Assembly (NCBI GenBank): GCA_964593215.1
Contig: CAZQIA010000002.1
Coordinates: 1-45,871, forward strand
DNA: 45,871 nucleotides
Direction: 5' to 3'
DNA from: an uncultured Gammaproteobacteria bacterium
Lineage (GTDB): Bacteria > Patescibacteriota > Microgenomatia > Levybacterales > GWA1-39-11
In this document: piece after piece, positions 7,738 to 17,510 of the stretch
How positions within the stretch are numbered: position 1 is the stretch's first letter
Layout of the letters: each line of letters opens with the position of its first letter
The notes under the pieces: generated by a model
Told to the model about the DNA's origin: nothing
Databases searched by the model: none
The model's input: the letters and a program-made list of their open reading frames with translations, nothing else
Made by a program: the position numbers and the translations under genes

Positions 7738-9255
7738 TTACTGAATTTCATGCACATCATCTCCTGCAACAACGTTTCTGTCTAGAATAATTTTATCTCC
7801 ATTTGTTACGCCTGAAAGAATCTCTACATATTCACCGACAACATTTCCTAGTTGAACGGATTTTGCAGTAACCTTACCGTTATTTGAAACAAAAATATAT
7901 GAGGAAGATTGAGATTGATACACAGAATCAATTGGAATAAACGGGTCAGAGACGATAGTGTTTGGAACACCTACTGGAAGATCAATTTTAATATGTTCAT
8001 TGTTGGAAAGCATGTTTTGGAATTCTTCTGGCAGTGAGAAAATGACAGAATATAAATTTCCGTCTGTTGCTTCATTAGAGATATAAGATGGAACTTTTTT
8101 ATACGTTTTTCTCCCTATATGAATTGTTGCTTCTTCTGAATAACTTATTTTTCTTGCAATATCTGCCGGTACTTTTGCAATTGTCTTTAATGTTTGTGCA
8201 CCATGTAAAAGAGCAAGTGGGGTTCCTGGATTAACAGATTCCCCTATATGTACATAGACTCTTTCAACGGTTCCGGCAAAAGGAGCTGAAGGAAACATGG
8301 TTGCTTCTTGAATCTGCGCAAGCTGAAGCTGTAGCTTACTTGACTCAAGAGACATCTGAAGCGCGCGTTCCTGTATGTCCAGCTGTTTTTTTGTAATATC
8401 CTGGGTTAAGTTAGCAATTCCGTTAGGGGTTTTATCTGTGTCTGTTTGGTATTCAGCATTTTTAACTTGAGATCTCAGTTGGTTTACTCCAGCCTGAAAT
8501 TGAGAAATAAGCTGTTTAGTTTGCAGAATTGCTGAGTCATTTGCTCCGCCTACGTTCGTATTCTGAAGATTCTGAAGTGAAGAATTAAGCGAATCAACAA
8601 TTCCTTGGTTAAAATCTAAAAGTGATTTCGTGTCAGAAAGAGAATCTAAAGTTATCTGTCTTAACTGCTCCGTGTTGTCTCTGCTTTTATCAGCCAGCTC
8701 TCTTTGTTTTTGGATGATGTCTTTTTGCTGTTGGTATGTATCCTGCGCGCTTGAAAGAGCGTTTTGTGCAATCTGTCTTTGAACGTCTGCTGCATTTCCA
8801 CCACTGTAATTAGTAGAGAGTCCAATTAAAGTAGTGCCGGAAGATACCTCTTGACCCTCTTCAACATTTATTTGGCTAACAACTCCTGGTGTGAGGGCTA
8901 CAATTTTTACGACTCCGCTTTTTTCTACCTGGGCAGACACATTTACGGTTGGTGCTTTTCCAATAGAATAAACTCTAACATCTATAGGCTGTTTTTTTTC
9001 AGTTACTTCTTTCTCTGGACGCCTTAAAAATGAGCCAACCAATATAAGAACGAAAAGGATAGTCAAAACAGTAAAGAAGGAGAGAAATGGCCGTGATTCA
9101 ATTTTTTTCTCTATTTTTTTAAGCACGTTTTTCGCACTCTTTTTAAAGATAGTCAATTTAGCCTTGAATATTTCGGGTTTGCCAGCGCGTTGAAGAAGAG
9201 AGATCGGGGCAGATCTTCTTACAGCAGACAAACGTCTTATAGGACGTTTTACCAT
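7738..9255 (-). CDS. HlyD-family membrane fusion protein (adaptor of the RND pump)
   Basis: 505 aa. N-terminal TM anchor, lipoyl-like hairpin (VEEGQEVSSGTTLIGL), long Q/N-rich coiled coil and a beta-rich C-terminus. Only 9 nt upstream of the RND gene. Confidence 0.7.
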   Translation of the reverse strand: MVKRPIRRLSAVRRSAPISLLQRAGKPEIFKAKLTIFKKSAKNVLKKIEKKIESRPFLSFFTVLTILFVLILVGSFLRRPEKEVTEKKQPIDVRVYSIGKAPTVNVSAQVEKSGVVKIVALTPGVVSQINVEEGQEVSSGTTLIGLSTNYSGGNAADVQRQIAQNALSSAQDTYQQQKDIIQKQRELADKSRDNTEQLRQITLDSLSDTKSLLDFNQGIVDSLNSSLQNLQNTNVGGANDSAILQTKQLISQFQAGVNQLRSQVKNAEYQTDTDKTPNGIANLTQDITKKQLDIQERALQMSLESSKLQLQLAQIQEATMFPSAPFAGTVERVYVHIGESVNPGTPLALLHGAQTLKTIAKVPADIARKISYSEEATIHIGRKTYKKVPSYISNEATDGNLYSVIFSLPEEFQNMLSNNEHIKIDLPVGVPNTIVSDPFIPIDSVYQSQSSSYIFVSNNGKVTAKSVQLGNVVGEYVEILSGVTNGDKIILDRNVVAGDDVHEIQ

Positions 9256-9265
9256 AGAAGTTGTG

Positions 9266-9295
9266 ATTATACCATATGAACAATAAGGTAGACAA
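9266..9295 (-). promoter_or_regulatory. Promoter TTGTCT-18-(TGg)TATAAT ending 10 nt before the ATG at 9255
   Basis: Reverse complement reads TTGTCT accttattgttcatatgg TATAAT cacaacttct ATG. No SD. Confidence 0.4.
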
Positions 9296-9330
9296 GTAAA
9301 GATTTACTGATGTGGAAAGATAAAAATTAG

Positions 9331-12300
9331 TTAGTTTGAGTGAATTTTAGTTCCTCCAATTATTTTTGTACCTCCTCTGATGCTGGAGAGCGGTCTTTCC
9401 GAAGCAGCGGATGATAGGGAGAAGAAGGTGCTTGGAGAACTTTGATTGTTATATTCTGTAAGCGTCCATGCTGCACTTCTGGCAGTTGAGGAAATATGTA
9501 CTTCATCTATTGCTCCATCAAAAGCCATACTAGGTGCGGGGTTATTTGGGTCATTACCAAATTGCAGGTTGTTTGCAGAGGAATGTATAGAGGCAGGAAC
9601 AGTTCCTGATAGACTGCTGTCGTCTAGTGCCCCGTTAACATACATGTGTAATGTTTGTCCTGAAGCGCTATAAACACCTGTAACATAGTACCATGTACCC
9701 AGAGATCTTGTAGTATTACTGTAGCGCTGGATTGAGTCACTTCCTGTTCCTGAAATCTGTATTGCCCAGTTTTGAGGACCTAAGTCTTTTGATGACTTGA
9801 GGATGTATCCTCTATCAGTTCCCGTATGGCTTTGTGAAATAATGTGGCCATCGTCATTCCCCGAAGGGTTGTTAACAGCCTTAACCCAAGCGCTTAGCGT
9901 AAGGTCGCCTGTGATTCTCAGTGAAGAATTATTGCCTGCATCTATTTTATCTGATGTAGCGTTAAAAAGAGCTCCTCCGTCAATTTGTCCCGTTGTTGCA
10001 TCAACACTAGTTATGGTTCCGTCATTTGGGTTACTTGTTGAATCTACTGCAGTAAGCGTTGTGCCATTAGGAAAATGCCAGACACCTTTATAGCTACTAT
10101 CCCAGACATTTGTTGCATCACTTTGATCTGAGGCTGCGGCATTTCCATAATACATATAAATAGTCGTATTAACGGTGCTTGACAACGCAGGAATTTTTAC
10201 CCACGCCTCAAGCGCACCTGTAGAGTTATTATATTTCTCAATCTCGTGAGGAATTTTAGTGGTTCCATCCCCTGAGGTAAACAAAATGTCATTTCCAGTG
10301 GAAAGTGCATTAGTTGATAGATCGGAATCTGATGCAAGCTTAATAAGCATAGGAAAATCTGTTAAGTCCCCGCCAACTTTTGTATGGTCTATTATTATAG
10401 TTCTTCTTTTTGTCCATGAGTTGTTATACCATCCAGTATAGTATCCGGTAATAGTCCAACAGCTGTTGTTGCTGATATTTAATGATCCTGTTGCAGTAAG
10501 GGGACTATTTGATCCTCCGCAAGCGTTTGAGTCTCTAACGCTTAAGAGAGAGAGGTTTGCAGTTCCATTTACAGTTAAATTCCACTGAGAAGTTGGAGTA
10601 GTGCTCGCAAGCGTAAGAATTGCTTCAGATGAACCTCTTAATGTGAGCGTATTTGTAACTGTTGTAGTGGTGCCATTTGTAAAGTTTATAGTTTTTCCAG
10701 GAGTTGTTGAAGTCAAATTATAAAAAGAAGTGGATCCAGATATAACACTAGTAGTGCCGGAATCATTTAAAGTAAGCGTGCCTGATCCTGCTACAAAAGA
10801 ACCGCCGGATCTTGCAAAGTTTCCTGCAAGCGTAATACTGCTTGGTGCGTTAAACGTTCCCGCACTTTGAGAATAGTTACTTGTTACAGTAAGGCTTGAC
10901 GGCGGGGAAAACGTTCCCGATCCGCTAATAGTCAAATTTGAATACGTATAGCCCGCAGGAAGTGTGGTATAGGTACCGCTTCCGCTATACTCAACCGTGC
11001 TGCCTGAAGAGAGAGTGTTAATAGTGGGTATAGTTTCTCCACCCTGAAGCTTAAATGTTGCGGACGCGCCTATGGTAAACTGGTCGTCCACAGTAAGATT
11101 GTGCCCTGCTAAGTCCAGTGTTCCTGAGGTTAAGATAAGGTCTTGACCAGTTCCGTCAAAAGCAATGTCATTTGCTAGACTAACCGTCCCTGATGGTTTA
11201 TTTATAGTAATAGTGCCGGTAGGAAAGCCTGCGGTACCCGTGTAGGTGATAACCTGGTTATTAGTTCCATTAAGAGTAATAGCAACATCACCTGTTCCTC
11301 CATGTGCTGCTGCATTTGTTATGTTTCCCTGGGCGTTAATTGTTCCTGGTCCGCTGATAATGTTTCCACACCCGTCATCCATAGTCCAAGTGTGTGCAAT
11401 AGTGATGGTTGTTCCAGACGCTATAGATGTACTTGGACAATTTCCTCCTTGGTAAAGATCATAAAATGTAGTGTTTCCTGTTAGGGTTGTATTAGTATTT
11501 CCCTCACCAATTATGACCTCACTAGAATATGTAGTTGCATCTACTGATCCTTGGACTACTTCCCAGCTTGTTGCAACGCCTTGACTGTCTTTTATGACAA
11601 ATGTTCCGGATGATTTATTAATTTTTAAGGATGGCAGAGAGCCTCCGCTACCCCCGCTCCATGTCTGAGTTCCAGTGCCGTTTACCGTAATAAGAGCGTT
11701 ACCTGTAAGACCGTTGTCAGCATCATGAGTAATATCTCCTTGCACGGTGATGTCTCCTGGTCCGTTAAGCGAAGAGTTTATCGCATTAACGTTAAGTGTT
11801 CCCCCAATCCTAAACGTTTTTCCAGAGCCAATACTGTATGTTTTTCCATTACCGGCAAAGGTTACATTGTTGTAGGTTTCAGAACTAGTAGATATTGTTG
11901 AATTACAATTACCAAAGTTTAGGGTTCCTCCGTTGGCGTTAAACGTTCCTCCGCTTACGTTCCAGGTAGTGCACAGATCCATTGTTCCAGATGTTGCAGT
12001 GAAGGTTCCATTTGACTGGGTGAATGCTGTGTTTGCCACCGTAGTTAGGGATATGTCTTGAGAACCTCCTGAAAAAACAGAGCTAGCCGCAGATTGAATA
12101 TAGCCTGTTGCTGTTGTAATGCTAAGTGAACGAGATTGGGTTATGGTATTTGCGTATGTTAAGATTTTAAGCGATTGAATGTTTCCACCAAAGGTGGCGT
12201 CAATTGTTGATGCGTTTGCGGTGGAATTTGATGAACAGGTGGTGGTACTACTGTCAAACACCGCAATATCTGTAGAGGCAATAGTTGCATTTGCACCCGC

Positions 12301-13848
12301 TGTTGTAACCCAGTTATTTGCTGTGCTCCAGTTGGCGTTTACTGTTCCTTTCCAACATTTAGTTGCATCTGAGGCTATCTGCCATTGTCTTACTTCAAAA
12401 AATTTGATGCCTTGGTCTTTTTCAAGTGTTTCATTATTCATGACTACCGCCTTGGAATAATCTTGAGGTTTATCAGATTGACCGTAAGGATTTCCTCCCA
12501 CAATAAATGGTCCAAGTAAATAAAATTCCGGAGATACATTAGGGAAATTGACCGTGTAGGAAAGCGTATAAGTTTCTCCTTTTTTCCAGTCTACACCCCA
12601 CACAATAGGCATGGGCTTATGATTGTTGCTCGAATTTAATGTACTTGGATCCTGCCAAAGAAGTTTGGAAAGTTTTGGAATATCTTTCTTGAAGACGTTA
12701 AGGTCGTGTTCTACAATTTCTTCTGAAGGTGTTTTTATTTGAACATCTGTATTTTGTATTGGCGCTATACCACCATCTGAAATTTCTGATACCACAAAAG
12801 ATTGTGGTACTGTATCATAGACATTGCCTGAATAATCTTCATTTGCAGTTATTTTAAGTTCTACCGGGTATCCACTAGGAGGGTAAATACGAGTAGGAAA
12901 ATCAACCCGTTCTATGCTAAACGGTACTTCTTTTTTAACATCAAAAAAATCTGTGATACTATGACTTCCTGCCGTAGTTGTTGCAGTAACATGCATAAAG
13001 TATCTTCCTTCTTTTCCTGTTTTATACTCTGTAAAGTAATCAGGCAGGCTTGAGAAATTGTTACCGCACTCAGGACTGTTATGAATAGTGCCTTTTTTTG
13101 TAGAAAGTGTTTCCTCTTTTTTATCCGGATCTCCAATAGTTATCTCAATTTGGGCGTTACAGATAGTGTCCCCGTTTTTATTTAATACTCCAAAAGCAAG
13201 TTTTGCAGTTTCTCCTGGTGTATATACAGATTTATTTGTATTAACCGCAACTACTCCCCACGTAAAATCTTGAGTCAAACTTCTTTCATACAGAAAAGAT
13301 TCTTTAGCAACAACAGTTAACGTAAACATTCCTCTATCGTAGTCATTAGGATCTGACAAAGAAATGTTAAATTTACCAGCAGAATCTTTTTGGATAAAGG
13401 CGGCATGCAGTTTTCCTGAATTTTTATTTCTAATCTCGATCTGTATTTGTTCATCTTTATATTTCCATGAATTTTTCTTTTCTGTGCCTATATTAATTGT
13501 ATTTTTGTAAGGAATTGTAAGTGAAAAATGAGGAACCTCATGATTAGAAAAGTCTTTCTTAACGCTCGTAATTCTAACAGGATTATTAAATGTAATAATT
13601 ATTGAGGTAATGTTTTTTCCGTAGGAAAGGCCTTTTTCTGCATAAGCTTCAATCGTTTTCGTATTGCCTTTGACTATATTTAAAAGAATAGATAAGGTAA
13701 GTAACATTCCTAAAAACCCAATTGCCTTAACAAGTCCTAAAAATATTTCCCTACGTTTTTGTTCTCCGGTAGTTGGAATAAGTACTATCTTTGTCTTGAC
13801 GGCTTGTCCTCCTACTATAACTAAAAATCCTGTAAGTATGGTTTTCAT
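9331..13848 (-). CDS. Giant (1505 aa) surface protein: N-terminal anchor/signal, Ig/MG-like domains, ~600 aa of T/S/G/N-rich parallel beta-helix-type repeats, C-terminal DUF2341 + LamG (concanavalin A-like) module
   Basis: Hydrophobic N-terminus and an MG2-like VYTPGETAKLAFGVLNKNGD. KCWKGTVNANWSTANNW marks entry into the repeat region (12301-12360). WTKRRTIIIDHTKVGGDLTDFPMLI...IYMYYGN matches DUF2341 (from 10416), then LTLSAWVK...WYYVTGVY...LHMYVNG...IDEVHIS is LamG-like. The C-terminus ends RGGTKIIGGTKIHSN. Confidence 0.75.
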   Translation of the reverse strand: MKTILTGFLVIVGGQAVKTKIVLIPTTGEQKRREIFLGLVKAIGFLGMLLTLSILLNIVKGNTKTIEAYAEKGLSYGKNITSIIITFNNPVRITSVKKDFSNHEVPHFSLTIPYKNTINIGTEKKNSWKYKDEQIQIEIRNKNSGKLHAAFIQKDSAGKFNISLSDPNDYDRGMFTLTVVAKESFLYERSLTQDFTWGVVAVNTNKSVYTPGETAKLAFGVLNKNGDTICNAQIEITIGDPDKKEETLSTKKGTIHNSPECGNNFSSLPDYFTEYKTGKEGRYFMHVTATTTAGSHSITDFFDVKKEVPFSIERVDFPTRIYPPSGYPVELKITANEDYSGNVYDTVPQSFVVSEISDGGIAPIQNTDVQIKTPSEEIVEHDLNVFKKDIPKLSKLLWQDPSTLNSSNNHKPMPIVWGVDWKKGETYTLSYTVNFPNVSPEFYLLGPFIVGGNPYGQSDKPQDYSKAVVMNNETLEKDQGIKFFEVRQWQIASDATKCWKGTVNANWSTANNWVTTAGANATIASTDIAVFDSSTTTCSSNSTANASTIDATFGGNIQSLKILTYANTITQSRSLSITTATGYIQSAASSVFSGGSQDISLTTVANTAFTQSNGTFTATSGTMDLCTTWNVSGGTFNANGGTLNFGNCNSTISTSSETYNNVTFAGNGKTYSIGSGKTFRIGGTLNVNAINSSLNGPGDITVQGDITHDADNGLTGNALITVNGTGTQTWSGGSGGSLPSLKINKSSGTFVIKDSQGVATSWEVVQGSVDATTYSSEVIIGEGNTNTTLTGNTTFYDLYQGGNCPSTSIASGTTITIAHTWTMDDGCGNIISGPGTINAQGNITNAAAHGGTGDVAITLNGTNNQVITYTGTAGFPTGTITINKPSGTVSLANDIAFDGTGQDLILTSGTLDLAGHNLTVDDQFTIGASATFKLQGGETIPTINTLSSGSTVEYSGSGTYTTLPAGYTYSNLTISGSGTFSPPSSLTVTSNYSQSAGTFNAPSSITLAGNFARSGGSFVAGSGTLTLNDSGTTSVISGSTSFYNLTSTTPGKTINFTNGTTTTVTNTLTLRGSSEAILTLASTTPTSQWNLTVNGTANLSLLSVRDSNACGGSNSPLTATGSLNISNNSCWTITGYYTGWYNNSWTKRRTIIIDHTKVGGDLTDFPMLIKLASDSDLSTNALSTGNDILFTSGDGTTKIPHEIEKYNNSTGALEAWVKIPALSSTVNTTIYMYYGNAAASDQSDATNVWDSSYKGVWHFPNGTTLTAVDSTSNPNDGTITSVDATTGQIDGGALFNATSDKIDAGNNSSLRITGDLTLSAWVKAVNNPSGNDDGHIISQSHTGTDRGYILKSSKDLGPQNWAIQISGTGSDSIQRYSNTTRSLGTWYYVTGVYSASGQTLHMYVNGALDDSSLSGTVPASIHSSANNLQFGNDPNNPAPSMAFDGAIDEVHISSTARSAAWTLTEYNNQSSPSTFFSLSSAASERPLSSIRGGTKIIGGTKIHSN

Positions 13849-13852
13849 ATTT

Positions 13853-14245
13853 TTAATTGTGAGAAAGATATTCGTATAAACTTACTTTACTAATGTCTCT
13901 AATGGTTTTTGTAGATGGATCAAATATAACCGTCTGATCTTCTGTAGTTATGATAACGTCTCCTTTATATGCACGTTTGAGAAATGGATATTTTTCCTGA
14001 AGAGGTGAGATATTATTAATCACTGCCGTAATTACAGGCTTTCCGTCTCCTATGTCATAGATTTTATTAGATTCTATAATTGTGAGATCATCTTTAACTT
14101 CTGTCTTACCAATCTTCTTAACCTCTTTGAAAAATGTGGCTGGGGATGTATTTTGAGTATTTGTTTTTTTGTTTATATAAAGGAGCCGGCCAATTATTAA
14201 TCCAATTATTGCTAAAACTACTATTCCGACAATAGCATTCTTCAT
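13853..14245 (-). CDS. Small N-terminally anchored extracytoplasmic protein (130 aa), unknown function
   Basis: Single N-terminal TM (IVGIVVLAIIGLIIGRLL). Its stop lies 4 nt upstream of the giant protein's start. Confidence 0.5.
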   Translation of the reverse strand: MKNAIVGIVVLAIIGLIIGRLLYINKKTNTQNTSPATFFKEVKKIGKTEVKDDLTIIESNKIYDIGDGKPVITAVINNISPLQEKYPFLKRAYKGDVIITTEDQTVIFDPSTKTIRDISKVSLYEYLSHN

Positions 14246-14276
14246 CTCACATTAATGATACTACATTTTTCTAGAG

Positions 14277-15488
14277 CTATTCATGTCTCAATGCATCAAT
14301 TGGAGATAAGCTTGCTGCTCTTCTTGCTGGATACAGTCCAAAAATAATTCCAATCAGGGTAGACACTCCAACTGCAATAATTATTGAAAAAACATTAATA
14401 ATGAAAGGAATGTTTACAATAAGAGAGATTATAAAGGCTAGAGTAATGCCAATAAAAATTCCAACACTTCCCCCTATTAAAGACATAACAACAGACTCAA
14501 CTAAAAATTGAATTAATATGTCTCTTTTTCTTGCGCCAATAGATTTTAACAGTCCTATTTCTTTTGTTCTTTCAGTAACTGAAACCAGCATTATGTTCAT
14601 GATTCCTACACCTCCTACTACTAGAGAAATGCCTGAAATTGCGGCAATAAGCGTAATTAATAGATTGGTTATAGTCTGTACTGTTGAGATAATATCCTTT
14701 GCAGAAGACATTTGGAAGTCATTCTTATCCCCTTCTTTTAGTCCATGTTTTTCCCGCAATAATTCTTCCACGTCTTTCATGGTTTGGTTTAACGCCTGTG
14801 TGTCTTTTACGCTTACGTCAATTTCCTGCAGTTTTTCCTCTCCCAAAATTTCATTTGTCATAACTTCATAAGGGATAAATATAGCGTTGTTAAAAAAACT
14901 TCCAGCAAGTACGCTTGAGGACTTAATTACTCCTATAACCCTAAATTTTTTACTTCTTATCTTGACAGTTTCTCCTATTGGAGATGTATTCTCTCCGAAA
15001 AAAGTTTTTGCTATGTCCTGTCCCATAACAACAACCCGTGCTTTTGAAGCTTCCTGTTCAGCGGTTATAAAATCTCCATACACAATTTCTGGTCTTAAAA
15101 TGCTTACTATATTTGAGGTAACTCCATAAACAAGCGGACTTTCTTCTACGTCATTAGCTGTAATTTTTTCAGCTGACATAGCGTTTGGAACTACCTCTTT
15201 AATATTTGTCAGAGAAGTATCAGTTTTAATTGCCTCAAGATCTTCCTGCGTTAATGTATCTGCTCCTGCAATAGTTGATATTTGACTAGTTCCTGGGTTT
15301 ATTTGAAAATAGTCAGTTCCAAAAGAAGTAAACTCATTTGTAATAAAAGAAACTGCCCCCTGTCCTAAGGAAACTATAAGAATTACAGCAGAGATTCCAA
15401 TGATCATCCCAAGCATGGTAAGAGAAGTTCTTAGTAAATTGCTGTAGAGCGCATCAATTGCTGAAAGAGTAAGTTCTTTTAATTCCAT
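14277..15488 (-). CDS. MacB-type ABC transporter permease (FtsX family with extracytoplasmic domain), triad 2
   Basis: 403 aa: TM1, ~230-aa extracytoplasmic domain, then an FtsX bundle with VGGVGIMNIMLVSVTERTKEIGLLKSIGA. Confidence 0.85.
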   Translation of the reverse strand: MELKELTLSAIDALYSNLLRTSLTMLGMIIGISAVILIVSLGQGAVSFITNEFTSFGTDYFQINPGTSQISTIAGADTLTQEDLEAIKTDTSLTNIKEVVPNAMSAEKITANDVEESPLVYGVTSNIVSILRPEIVYGDFITAEQEASKARVVVMGQDIAKTFFGENTSPIGETVKIRSKKFRVIGVIKSSSVLAGSFFNNAIFIPYEVMTNEILGEEKLQEIDVSVKDTQALNQTMKDVEELLREKHGLKEGDKNDFQMSSAKDIISTVQTITNLLITLIAAISGISLVVGGVGIMNIMLVSVTERTKEIGLLKSIGARKRDILIQFLVESVVMSLIGGSVGIFIGITLAFIISLIVNIPFIINVFSIIIAVGVSTLIGIIFGLYPARRAASLSPIDALRHE

Positions 15489-16183
15489 TATAAATGTGTA
15501 TCTTGGGTAATTTTCCCGTCAACTATTTTAATTGTGCGTTTTGTATAGGATGCAACATGATCTTGGTGTGTTATTACAATAATGGTGTGTCCTTCTTTAT
15601 TAAGGTTCTTCAAAAACGTCATAATCTCGCTTGACGTTTTCGTGTCTAAATTTCCAGTTGGTTCGTCAGCAAGAATAATTGACGGATCCATAACAAGGGC
15701 GCGTGCTATTGCAACCCGCTGTATTTCTCCTCCGGAGATGTGGTTTGCTTTGTTCTGCGCTTTTTCAGCAATATGTACTTGAGAGAGTGTTTCAATTGCC
15801 CGTTTTTTGCGTTCAGATGAAGGTATTCCTGCGTACATCATGGGACGCTCAACATTTTTTAGCACAGATATTTTAGGAAGTAAGTTAAAACTTTGAAATA
15901 CAAACCCAATTTCTTTATTTCTAATTTTTGCAAGTTCATCATCCGTATAAGTTGAAATATCTTGTCCTTTAAAAAAATACTTGCCAGAGGTAGGTGTATC
16001 AAGCGCTCCCATGATATGCATGGTTGTTGATTTTCCGCTTCCCGAGGGTCCCATTATGGAGACAAATTCTCCTTCATAAATCTTAAGAGAAATACCGTTT
16101 AATGCTTGATAAAACGTTCCTCCTTCAAGCGGATACTGTTTTGCTACATTCCTGAACTCAATAACAGGTTTCTTTGATGGCAT
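15488..16183 (-). CDS. ABC transporter ATP-binding protein (MacB/LolD type), triad 2
   Basis: Walker [10 protein letters not shown], signature [15 protein letters not shown], Walker [12 protein letters not shown]. Overlaps the permease gene by 1 nt. Confidence 0.9.
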   Translation of the reverse strand: MPSKKPVIEFRNVAKQYPLEGGTFYQALNGISLKIYEGEFVSIMGPSGSGKSTTMHIMGALDTPTSGKYFFKGQDISTYTDDELAKIRNKEIGFVFQSFNLLPKISVLKNVERPMMYAGIPSSERKKRAIETLSQVHIAEKAQNKANHISGGEIQRVAIARALVMDPSIILADEPTGNLDTKTSSEIMTFLKNLNKEGHTIIVITHQDHVASYTKRTIKIVDGKITQDTHL

Positions 16184-16199
16184 AATGTCAATTGCGGAC

Positions 16200-17444
16200 T
16201 TACAAAGATAGAAATCCTGACCGTTTTAACTGTTCGTTTGGTAGCGCTACGATTACCTCCTGGCCCTCTTGTACTCCTTTTAATATTTGCGTTCTCTCTT
16301 TTCCAATAATTCCTACTTCAATCGGAATATATACGACTTCATTATTTTTAAGAATTCTTACCGCCTTCCCTCCTTTATAAGGTTTTACAGAAGTATTTGG
16401 GACACTTATAACGTCTGGAAGTTTTTTTGTAATAATGTCAGCATCTAAGCTCATTCCTGGCCGTACATTCGTATTATCACCTTCCAAGGAAATGTACACA
16501 TTAAATGAAGTTACCCCCTGATTTTTTGTGCCAATGGTGTCAAGCCTAGAAACTGTTCCCCTGTATGTTTTATTAGGTATGGCGTCTAATGAAATTACAG
16601 CACTCTGTCCTTCTTTCACTTTTATAATGTCCTCTTCTCCCATTGGGATAACTACCTCGTACTTTGCGAATTTCAATATGGATAAAACCGGATTAAGAGT
16701 AGAGGTGGTGTGAGCAACAACAGAGTTTCCTGTAGCAACTGAAAGATTTGCTATTGTTCCATCTGCTGGTGAGGTGACTGTTGTATTCTGAGTTGCTTGG
16801 TATAAAATCCACGTTGATGAAGCTTGCGCATGCGCTTGCGCAACAACTGTTTCCTGGTCTTTAAATTTTTTTTCTGCAGAAAGCCAGTTGTCCTGAGCTA
16901 TTTGAAACTCAGCAGCTTTTCTGTTTTCTTCATTTGGGGTTTTATCACTTCTTTCATAGGTAGAAGTTGTAGACATGTCTGTAAAAATCTTCCATTTTGC
17001 ATACATCTCAGATCTCAGGAGATTTTTATTTGATTCAGCGCTGTCCAGAAGTGTTTTTGCCATAAGATAATTTGCGAGCGCAGATTCCTTCTCCTGTTCT
17101 GATGCCGAACTTTCTACAGAGAATAAATTTTCCCCTACGTATACTTGACTTCCATTTTTTACATACACATCTGTTATAAAACCTGTTGCTGGTGAATATA
17201 TTGGAACGGAATTGTCTGTGCTTATGTTTCCAGATTCGGAAACTGTTTCTGTAATGTCTGTTTTTTGCGCTTTCTCAAGAAGATAATTTGGTTTATTTGT
17301 TGCGCGCTGTACCTGAAAGATTATGACACCAACAATAATGAGAAAAACGAAAAGAGTGATCGCCTTTTTAGCAAGAGATGCTTGTTTGAAATAATACCAG
17401 AGAAAAAGATACTGTTTTTTTGCTTTTTTAGAGTTTTTTACCAC
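16200..17444 (-). CDS. HlyD-family membrane fusion protein, triad 2 (GTG start)
   Basis: 414 aa. TM anchor, lipoyl-like VKNGSQVYVGENLFSV, coiled coil and a beta-barrel C-terminus. Confidence 0.75.
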   Translation of the reverse strand: MVKNSKKAKKQYLFLWYYFKQASLAKKAITLFVFLIIVGVIIFQVQRATNKPNYLLEKAQKTDITETVSESGNISTDNSVPIYSPATGFITDVYVKNGSQVYVGENLFSVESSASEQEKESALANYLMAKTLLDSAESNKNLLRSEMYAKWKIFTDMSTTSTYERSDKTPNEENRKAAEFQIAQDNWLSAEKKFKDQETVVAQAHAQASSTWILYQATQNTTVTSPADGTIANLSVATGNSVVAHTTSTLNPVLSILKFAKYEVVIPMGEEDIIKVKEGQSAVISLDAIPNKTYRGTVSRLDTIGTKNQGVTSFNVYISLEGDNTNVRPGMSLDADIITKKLPDVISVPNTSVKPYKGGKAVRILKNNEVVYIPIEVGIIGKERTQILKGVQEGQEVIVALPNEQLKRSGFLSL

Positions 17445-17453
17445 TTCAAGCGT

Positions 17454-17481
17454 ATTATAGTATTTTATTTTGAATTATCAA
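17454..17481 (-). promoter_or_regulatory. Internal promoter TTGATA-16-TATAAT ending 9 nt before the GTG at 17444
   Basis: Reverse complement reads TTGATA attcaaaataaaatac TATAAT acgcttgaa GTG. It sits in the 66-nt gap between the two triads. Confidence 0.45.
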
Positions 17482-17510
17482 GTTTTTTAAGACTTTATTG
17501 GGAAGAAGTG

